Shown: in pieces, positions 55,711 to 64,000 of the stretch | Layout of the letters: every line of letters starts with the position of its first letter | Numbering within the stretch: the first letter of the stretch is position 1 | NCBI GenBank assembly: GCA_047975565.1 | Contig: JBKEDT010000040.1 | Span: 7,316-71,315, forward strand | Source of the DNA: Enterococcus sp. | GTDB taxonomy: Bacteria; Bacillota; Bacilli; Lactobacillales; Enterococcaceae | Direction of reading: 5' to 3' | DNA: 64,000 nucleotides | Position numbers and translations under genes: made by a program | The notes under the pieces: generated by a model | The model's database searches: none | What the model was told of the DNA's origin: nothing | The model's input: only the letters and a program-made list of their open reading frames with translations

Positions 55711-56748
55711 CTAGTCTTTACGTTCCACTTGACGTGTTTGACGCAACATTAGTTCTAATTCAGCTTCATATTTAGCTGCAACTACTTCACTTGCATAGTC
55801 TAAATATGGGTTCATGAAGTACACAAGTAATGCACGCATCGCAGTCAAACGATTTTCTGCTTCGTCGAGAACGATAGAATATGGTGCATCAAGAACTTCG
55901 TCCGTTACTTCTTCCCCACGAGTGGCAGGTAAGCAATGCATAAATTTCGCCTCTGGACTCGCTAAGTTCATCAATTCTTGGTTTACTTGGTATTTAGGAT
56001 AGAAGACGTTCATACGTTCTTCTTCAGATAATTCGGCTTCATATAAACCATACCAAACATCTGTATAAACAAAGTCTGCATCTTTCATTGCTTCTTCTGG
56101 ATCTTCTGTGATCAATACACTACCACCTGAGATTTCAGCATTTTTGCGTCCAATTTCTAATGTTTCTTCTTTGATTTGGAATCCTTTTGGTCCAAATTGT
56201 ACAAAGTCCATACCCATTTTAGAGGCAATAAACATCAATGATACACAGACCTGCGTAGCATCTCCGACGAAGACTACTTTACAATCACTTAATTTTTTAC
56301 CTGCTGGAAGATGTTCTGTCATTGTTGTGATATCCCCAAGTTCTTGTGTTGGGTGATTGTAATCACTCATTCCGTTGATTACTGGAATCGTTGCTTCTTT
56401 CGCTAATTCAGCAACTGACGCATGGCGTTCTACACGTGCCATCAAAATATCAACTAATCGTGAAAGAACATGTGCTGTATCTGATAAACTTTCATGTCCA
56501 CCTAATTGAATTTGACCTGGTGCTAAGTATTGTGCATGACCACCAAGTTGTGTCATTGCTGTTTCAAATGAAACACGCGTACGTGTAGAAGATTGTTCAA
56601 AGATCATACCTAAAGTTTTGTCTTTCAATAATGGAGGATAATACCCATTGCGGATTGATTCTTTTAATTTTAATCCTAAATCAATCAAATATTGAATTTC
56701 TTCTTTACTAAAATCATTTGTGTCAATAAAATCACGTTTTTGCATCAT
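55711..56748 (-). CDS. aguB: Putrescine carbamoyltransferase
   Basis: [30 protein letters not shown]; start 56748 or 56745 after GAAGGAG. Confidence 0.93.
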   Translation of the reverse strand: MMQKRDFIDTNDFSKEEIQYLIDLGLKLKESIRNGYYPPLLKDKTLGMIFEQSSTRTRVSFETAMTQLGGHAQYLAPGQIQLGGHESLSDTAHVLSRLVDILMARVERHASVAELAKEATIPVINGMSDYNHPTQELGDITTMTEHLPAGKKLSDCKVVFVGDATQVCVSLMFIASKMGMDFVQFGPKGFQIKEETLEIGRKNAEISGGSVLITEDPEEAMKDADFVYTDVWYGLYEAELSEEERMNVFYPKYQVNQELMNLASPEAKFMHCLPATRGEEVTDEVLDAPYSIVLDEAENRLTAMRALLVYFMNPYLDYASEVVAAKYEAELELMLRQTRQVERKD

Positions 56749-56831
56749 ACATTCTCCTTCAAATCCATTTTTATTTTGTTCATTTACTCGAGTAATTCTT
56801 TTAACACATTCAGCATACAATCATTGTCTAA

Positions 56832-56913
56832 AAAATGTAATAGCTTTCAACCCTTTTGGCAAAGGCTTTGACGCAATAAAACTTGTTACATTTTTGCTAA
56901 CATGTTACATTTT
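56832..56913. promoter_or_regulatory. agu promoter region: cre-like site and repeated TGTTACATTTT motif
   Basis: TGTAATAGCTTTCA (56836-56849, 1 mismatch to cre); TGTTACATTTT at 56884-56894 and 56903-56913. Confidence 0.5.
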
Positions 56914-56965
56914 GAAGTAAGTTTATTGTGTGCTTGCTTCACAGCTATTTAGCTAAAAAAAAAGA

Positions 56966-57014
56966 TAAAAAAACACTTGAACAACTTATTCAGCAAATTG
57001 TTCAAGTGTTTTTT
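56966..57014 (-). terminator. Terminator after dhaM; right copy of the diverged repeat flanking the agu cluster
   Basis: TAAAAAAACACTTGAACA-N15-TGTTCAAGTGTTTTTT. Confidence 0.85.
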
Positions 57015-57017
57015 GTT

Positions 57018-57386
57018 TTATTTTATTTTCATTTGATCCAATTGTTCCTCAATTGCTGGCAATTCTGCTTGTGCTTCTAGTAATGCGGCTGCAGTGTAGG
57101 CACTTTCTACAAAAGCTGTATCGTATAAATGAATCGTCTTTTCACTCAGCTCAATCGCCATTTCTAGATTCATTTTTGCACTACCAAGATCATAGAAAGC
57201 AAGTATCTCATCTGCTGGATGTTCCGCGATTACTTTTTGGATTTTTTCAAATGAAGTGCCGATTCCTCCATCCTCTAATCCGGCAGCTGTTGCGATTGGT
57301 ACATCTTTAGCTACTTCCAAAAGTAATTTTTGAACCCCTTCCGCTAACGCATGAACATGTGATACTAAAAGTATACCCTTAGTCAT
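57018..57386 (-). CDS. dhaM: PTS-dependent dihydroxyacetone kinase phosphotransferase subunit
   Basis: GILLVSH, IGTSF, DLGSA.MN. Confidence 0.9.
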   Translation of the reverse strand: MTKGILLVSHVHALAEGVQKLLLEVAKDVPIATAAGLEDGGIGTSFEKIQKVIAEHPADEILAFYDLGSAKMNLEMAIELSEKTIHLYDTAFVESAYTAAALLEAQAELPAIEEQLDQMKIK

Positions 57387-57963
57387 CAGCAAACACCCCC
57401 GCATCGATCATTGCTTCAAAAAGATACGCAGAGGACATGGCTCCCGGATCGATATACCCTTTTGATCGCTCACCAACATAGGAAGCACGTCCTTTGGTTG
57501 CAATCAAGTCTTTTGTTGCTTCAGCCAATGTTTCAACTTCTTCCTTGCTGATTTTTTTATTTTCTTCGATAAGCGCTACTGCTGGAACCCACACATCAAG
57601 CATTGTTTTTTGTCCAGGATGGCTCGCACCGCGCTTTTCAATTCCTTCGTATGCTACTTTGAGTAAACTAGCAGAATCAGTACTTTCTTTGCTTGCTTTT
57701 GCCATTTCAAGCATGGCTGTTCCATATAACGGACCTGATGCACCACCAACTTTGGTAATTAACGCCATTGCAATTTGTTTAAAAATATCTGAAACAGCCC
57801 CTGCCAACTCCGCGTGCATCACGGCATCCACTCCACGAGCCATATTGGTTCCATGATCCCCATCGCCAATCGGTGTATCTAGCTCATTTAAGTAGCCTTT
57901 CTTTTCTTGAATTTTCTGATTAAATAGTAAAAATGTTTCTTTCAAATTTTCTTCTGTGAACAT
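57379..57963 (-). CDS. dhaL: Dihydroxyacetone kinase subunit L
   Basis: LDTPIGDGDHG.NM.RG, GGASGPLYG, KTMLD, GRASY.GERS. Confidence 0.93.
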   Translation of the reverse strand: MFTEENLKETFLLFNQKIQEKKGYLNELDTPIGDGDHGTNMARGVDAVMHAELAGAVSDIFKQIAMALITKVGGASGPLYGTAMLEMAKASKESTDSASLLKVAYEGIEKRGASHPGQKTMLDVWVPAVALIEENKKISKEEVETLAEATKDLIATKGRASYVGERSKGYIDPGAMSSAYLFEAMIDAGVFADD

Positions 57964-57974
57964 GCCTACTCCTC

Positions 57975-58958
57975 CTACCAACTAATTGTATAAACTGGTT
58001 CCTTTAGTGCTGAAAAGACTGTGTCGTCTCCTTTGATCAATGTCAAAGAAAGTCCTGCCATATCTAGCGAAGTCATGTAATTACCTACTTTGGTAAATTC
58101 TATTGAAAGGCCTTCTTCCTGTAACATTTCATAAACATCATTGAAGAAAACGAACTGTTCCATTAATGGCGTTGCTCCCATACCATTCACTAAAACACCA
58201 TATTTATCGCCTTTTTCCCATTGAAACTCTGCTTTTAATTTTGTCACTAATTCTTTGGCGATTTCATAGGAAGACTTCACTTTTTCACGACGATAACCTG
58301 GTTCTCCATGGATACCGATACCATATTCCATTTCATCATCAGCAAGTGTAAATCCTGGTTTTCCAACGGCTGGAACGGTTGCTCCAGAGAGTGCGATTCC
58401 AATAGTTTTGATATTTTGAACGATTTCTTTCCCTAGTGCTTCAAGCTCTGCCACACTTGCACCTGCACGTGCATGCGCGCCCAAAATTTTATGAACTAAA
58501 ACAGTACCAGCAACACCACGACGACCTTGTGTATACGTGCTGTCCTCAACAGCAATATCATCATCTACAAGTACAAAGCCGACTTCAATATCTTCTAGTT
58601 CAGCCATTTCCTTCGCCATATCGAAATTCATGACATCGCCTGAATAATTTTTAACGATCAAAACAACACCCTTGCCATTTTCACTTGCTTGAATAGCCGC
58701 TTGTACTTGGTCAGGTGTGGGAGACGTAAAAATTTCTCCACAAACAGCTGCTTGTAACATACCATCGCCTACAAAGCCTGCGTGTGAAGGCTCATGACCG
58801 CTTCCGCCTCCACTGATCAATGCCACTTGATCTGCTTTTTCCACACGTGTGATTACGGAAGTATTTGGAACGTTTTTTACAATAGTAGGATATGCCTTAC
58901 TTAATCCAGCTATCATTTCTGGTAAAATTTGATCGATTTGATTAATAATTTTTTTCAT
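57975..58958 (-). CDS. dhaK: Dihydroxyacetone kinase subunit K
   Basis: [33 protein letters not shown]. Confidence 0.94.
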   Translation of the reverse strand: MKKIINQIDQILPEMIAGLSKAYPTIVKNVPNTSVITRVEKADQVALISGGGSGHEPSHAGFVGDGMLQAAVCGEIFTSPTPDQVQAAIQASENGKGVVLIVKNYSGDVMNFDMAKEMAELEDIEVGFVLVDDDIAVEDSTYTQGRRGVAGTVLVHKILGAHARAGASVAELEALGKEIVQNIKTIGIALSGATVPAVGKPGFTLADDEMEYGIGIHGEPGYRREKVKSSYEIAKELVTKLKAEFQWEKGDKYGVLVNGMGATPLMEQFVFFNDVYEMLQEEGLSIEFTKVGNYMTSLDMAGLSLTLIKGDDTVFSALKEPVYTISW

Positions 58959-59003
58959 AGAAGCCAAGCCTTCCTTTCTATTCTTCGTTTTTCATACATA
59001 TCA

Positions 59004-59726
59004 CTAGATTGGTAACAGCATGAATACACCTGCTGCAATAGCCCCACCAACAATTGGGCCTAAAACAGGGACCCAACTATATCCCCAATCTGAGCCACCT
59101 TTATTTGGAATTGGTAAAATAGCATGTGCGATCCGCGGACCTAAATCACGTGCTGGATTGATTGCGTATCCCGTCGTTCCACCAAGGGAAAGACCAATTG
59201 AAAGAATCAATACACCTACAACTAACGGATTCAGCCCATCACTCCAATTCGTCATCCCAAATGATAGTAATCCAAAAACTAATACAAACGTTCCGATTGC
59301 TTCACTGACAAAATTTGCTGCATAACTGCGAATTGCTGGACCAGTTGAGAATGTTCCTAGAATAGCGGCTGGATCTTTGGTTTCTGCCCAGTGCGGCGTG
59401 AACTGGATATATACAAGAACAGCGCCTAAAAATGCACCAATAATTTGTCCAGCAATGTATGGGAATACTGCGTCCCAGCCAATATTTCCTGCAACAGCCA
59501 TCCCGATAGTTACCGCTGGATTCAGATGGGCATAAGATAAGAATCCTGAACAATAGACCGCGATTGTCACTGCTGCACCCCAGCCAAGAGTAATTGCTAC
59601 CCAACCTGCACCTTCTGCTTTTGATTTTGCTAGACTTACACCAGCAACTACCCCATCACCTAGTAAAACCAATATCAATGTTCCGAGAAGCTCGCCAACA
59701 AATTGTGTCATCATTGTTGTCTCCAT
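59004..59726 (-). CDS. glpF: Glycerol uptake facilitator (aquaglyceroporin)
   Basis: HLNPAVT and AINPARD motifs. Confidence 0.93.
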   Translation of the reverse strand: METTMMTQFVGELLGTLILVLLGDGVVAGVSLAKSKAEGAGWVAITLGWGAAVTIAVYCSGFLSYAHLNPAVTIGMAVAGNIGWDAVFPYIAGQIIGAFLGAVLVYIQFTPHWAETKDPAAILGTFSTGPAIRSYAANFVSEAIGTFVLVFGLLSFGMTNWSDGLNPLVVGVLILSIGLSLGGTTGYAINPARDLGPRIAHAILPIPNKGGSDWGYSWVPVLGPIVGGAIAAGVFMLLPI

Positions 59727-59743
59727 TGAAGATTCCTCCTTTT

Positions 59744-61267
<1,524 letters not shown>

Positions 61268-63097
61268 TCATTTCTTTTTATTTTTTAATTCATCCAAGCG
61301 TGTCTCAGAAATCTGCTTTTCAAGCTGTTCGTACATTCGCTGCGTCTGTTCGGTAGTCCATTCAAAATATTTTGCCATTTCTCGTACAACTGGTGCTTTT
61401 ACTTCTTCTAAAGAATCCTCCATGAATAACAAATGATTCGTCCGTCGTAACAAATAATCGACTGGAGTTCCGACCATTTCGTAATCCAATGAATAATGCA
61501 AACTATACAAGTCTGCCAATGATAGTTCTTCGTTCGTTTCTAATTCTTGATAGTTTTCAAAGATAAATGGTGCATTTGATCCATACAACTCTGCTAAATA
61601 CAGCGCATCATCTTTATCTACACCATAACGTTCACCTAAAGAAGCAAGGCGTGCCAGTTCCTCCTCAACTTTTTGATAATCAAACTCGCCTCCAGAGACA
61701 GGATATACCTTTGAGTCAATCAAACGAATCGTTGCGTTTGTTGCTTTTAATCGACTCGCGATTTCTTTTGCTGCACTTTCAGCCATTTTACGGTAATCCG
61801 TCAGCTTTCCTCCAGCTACAGTAATTAGTCCATCCTTTGCCACGATCAAAGAACTTCCACGAGAGACAGCGGAAGGATTCTTTTTTGTTTCACCTTTTAT
61901 AGTTTTTAGTGCATGAACTGTCTTTTCTACCTGCGAACGATCAGCCTTTTTTGTTTCATACGCATGCATGATTTCTTTCAAACGTTCAAAGCTTTCATCC
62001 GTCAGCTTCCCTGCATCACCGCCTGTGTAATCCGAGCTTGAGTTATCCGATAACAAAGGCCGTAACCCTGCCCAACTAGCTTCAATATCTGTTAGTGTTA
62101 GTTTCGCTTCAGGATACCGATTATTCACTACTTCTAATAAATAATCGACATCTTCTTTTGTGACCTCCGGATGTGCATAATCACCCGTATAATCTGTATC
62201 TGTCGTTCCAAAATATGTTTTATTTTCTCTTGGAATGACAAAGATCATTCGCCCATCTTGTTTTCCTGTATCAAAATACGTTGGTTGGGGTACTTTCAAT
62301 CTCTGTGCAGATACAACAAGATGTACACCTTTTGTCGGACGCATTTGTGGCATAACAAGTAATTCACTATCTAAATTTCGAACACTATCTGACCATGGTC
62401 CACTTGTATTCACAACGATTTTTGCTGAAATATTTAATTTCTCATTGGTTAACCTATCTCTGACCAGTGCGCCATTTACTTTCTGATTCGTATCGTGTAA
62501 AATTTCTTCTACTTTAAGACGGCTACTGATTACAGCTCCATCTTCAACTGCTTTTTTGATATTTTCAATCACTAAACGAGCATCGTTGTTTCGATAATCT
62601 AAATAAACGCCACCTCCTTGTAACCCTTCAGCCTTGATTTGTGGCTCTCTGTCTAAAACTTCTTCCCGAGTAATCAAATAATTTTTCCATGGACCATCTG
62701 TAATACCTGCCAGATGATCATAAAGATCCATTGCAACTTTGACAGAAAACATTGTAAAGGTCGTGCCCGGCTCGTCATAGATTGGCAATAGCATCGGATC
62801 TGCCCGTGGAATATGTGGTGCGATTCTCTGAACAACTGCACGTTCTCCCACTGTATCTGAGACAACTTCAACATCGAATGTTTTTAGATATCGAATGCCT
62901 CCATGAACTAATTTTGTTGATCTGGAAGAAGTTCCTTCCGAAAAATCTTGCATTTCAACTAAAGCTGTCTTCATTCCAGAAGCCGCTGTTTGTAAAGCAA
63001 GCCCTGCGCCTGTGATTCCACCACCAATAATCAACACATCAAATTGTTCATTTTTTAATCGTTCAATATTTTCTGAACGATTTTTGTAAGAAAACAT
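61268..63097 (-). CDS. glpO: Alpha-glycerophosphate oxidase
   Basis: IIGGGITGAG, GTSSRSTKLVHGGIRYL, RPTKGVH, long insert after WAGLRPL; RBS AGGAGG supports the start at 63097. Confidence 0.9.
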   Translation of the reverse strand: MFSYKNRSENIERLKNEQFDVLIIGGGITGAGLALQTAASGMKTALVEMQDFSEGTSSRSTKLVHGGIRYLKTFDVEVVSDTVGERAVVQRIAPHIPRADPMLLPIYDEPGTTFTMFSVKVAMDLYDHLAGITDGPWKNYLITREEVLDREPQIKAEGLQGGGVYLDYRNNDARLVIENIKKAVEDGAVISSRLKVEEILHDTNQKVNGALVRDRLTNEKLNISAKIVVNTSGPWSDSVRNLDSELLVMPQMRPTKGVHLVVSAQRLKVPQPTYFDTGKQDGRMIFVIPRENKTYFGTTDTDYTGDYAHPEVTKEDVDYLLEVVNNRYPEAKLTLTDIEASWAGLRPLLSDNSSSDYTGGDAGKLTDESFERLKEIMHAYETKKADRSQVEKTVHALKTIKGETKKNPSAVSRGSSLIVAKDGLITVAGGKLTDYRKMAESAAKEIASRLKATNATIRLIDSKVYPVSGGEFDYQKVEEELARLASLGERYGVDKDDALYLAELYGSNAPFIFENYQELETNEELSLADLYSLHYSLDYEMVGTPVDYLLRRTNHLLFMEDSLEEVKAPVVREMAKYFEWTTEQTQRMYEQLEKQISETRLDELKNKKK

Positions 63098-63109
63098 CTC
63101 TCCCCCTCC

Positions 63110-63131
63110 TTTTAGTAAGCGCTTACTAAAA
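63110..63131. promoter_or_regulatory. Perfectly palindromic cre-like operator of the glpO operon
   Basis: TTTTAGTAAGCGCTTACTAAAA between the -10 TATACT (63139-63134) and the RBS. Confidence 0.75.
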
Positions 63132-63289
63132 CAAGTATATAATAGAGCGTACATTTTGTCTTTTCTCCAACTCATACTTTTTCTCACTTTATTTTTAGAA
63201 TAAAAAAAGAAGCCATGAATACTCATAAGAGTAATTCGTAGCTTCTTTTGTAAATTCATAGTATTATTAAAATTGTATTAGAATTTATC

Positions 63290-63871
63290 TTAGTACCAAC
63301 CATTAGCAAGCCAGAATGATTGAGCAGCTTCCCATGAACCATAACGTTCAGAAACATAAGCGTCTGCTACTTTTTCTTGGTTTGCAGCTGAGTAGTCACC
63401 ATTTAAGTATGATGAATCTAATTGGTAACGACCAATATATCTACCATTTGTTGCTGTATAAGAACCGCTTGATTCTTTTTGTGCAATCCATTCTTTTGCA
63501 GAATTTGAAGTAGATGCTGTTGTTGTAGCTTCTTCAGTGACAGCTGAAGTTGTTGCTGGTGTTGATGTAGTTTCTTCTACTGTAGTTGTAGGTGCAGTAG
63601 TAGTTGTTGTAGTTGTTGTTGCTGCTGTAGTAGTTGCATCATCAGCAGTTGGGATAGTTAATTGTTCCCCTGCAAAAATCATGTTTAAGTTTGAAATACC
63701 ATTAGCTTCAGCAATTTCTTGGATGCTTGTGCCAGAATATTTTTGAGAGATCGTTGATAAGTTATCACCAGATTGTACTGTGTATGCTGTATCTGCACTT
63801 GCTGCTGTTGTTCCCATCAATAATGCGCCGGCCAAAGTTGTTCCTACTAGTAAAGTTTTAAGTGATTTCAT
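63290..63871 (-). CDS. Secreted LysM protein with Apf-like C-terminal domain
   Basis: Signal peptide ASA-D, LysM YTVQSGDNLS, Thr-rich linker, AKEWIAQKESSGSY.A.NG..IGRYQL...GWY. Confidence 0.92.
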   Translation of the reverse strand: MKSLKTLLVGTTLAGALLMGTTAASADTAYTVQSGDNLSTISQKYSGTSIQEIAEANGISNLNMIFAGEQLTIPTADDATTTAATTTTTTTTAPTTTVEETTSTPATTSAVTEEATTTASTSNSAKEWIAQKESSGSYTATNGRYIGRYQLDSSYLNGDYSAANQEKVADAYVSERYGSWEAAQSFWLANGWY

Positions 63872-64000
63872 GTATTTCTCCTTTTAATTACGTTTTTTAT
63901 ACGTTCTTCTTCGTTTCAACATAGATAACTTTACCATTTGAAAACATTTCATAGGTAATAGAACCATGACATTTAATGACAAAATACGTATTTTTTTTAA

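Noticed and set aside
63098..63259. N-terminal extension of glpO in the ORF track (likewise iscS, the response regulator, aguB, RpiR, ArgR, GH1)
   Set aside because: Better starts with RBSs lie downstream, and the extensions cover promoter or terminator sequence.
63510..63650. GTA/GTT trinucleotide-like repeats
   Set aside because: Explained by the Thr-rich linker of the LysM protein.

Overview
Low-GC Firmicute chromosomal window. Gene content and order (opp cluster with DUF3899, glpO, agu, xpaC-telA, EFAR-like palindromes) point to an Enterococcus; the species cannot be called. Most of it is housekeeping or metabolic: tatD, metG, oppABCDF, rlmN, ftsK, a GH1 glucosidase, an amino-acid ABC transporter, topB, tyrS, mnmA, iscS, a prs paralog, pepO, mtnN, a Bce-type two-component system, ohr, the agmatine deiminase cluster, glpO-glpK-glpF-dhaKLM and a LysM protein. 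The standout is a transposon-free, apparently nuclease-dead TnpB homolog (7230-8234) placed as the last gene of oppBCDF. It is followed by an omegaRNA-like scaffold ending in TCAC and a guide starting UAAUUAU. That 7-nt seed matches a site next to a TTTAA motif inside the -35/-10 spacer of the predicted oppA promoter (14464-14492). This fits an RNA-guided repressor of the oppF-associated TldR class. That class is already described; the guide-target pair here is read from the sequence and is untested. Other items: an ECF sigma/anti-sigma islet and the agu cluster each bracketed by duplicated terminators, a His-specifier T-box with a duplicated antiterminator, a candidate sRNA, a candidate attenuator leader, an unannotated 47-aa ORF and tandem palindromic repeats. 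All calls come from reading the sequence; no searches were run.
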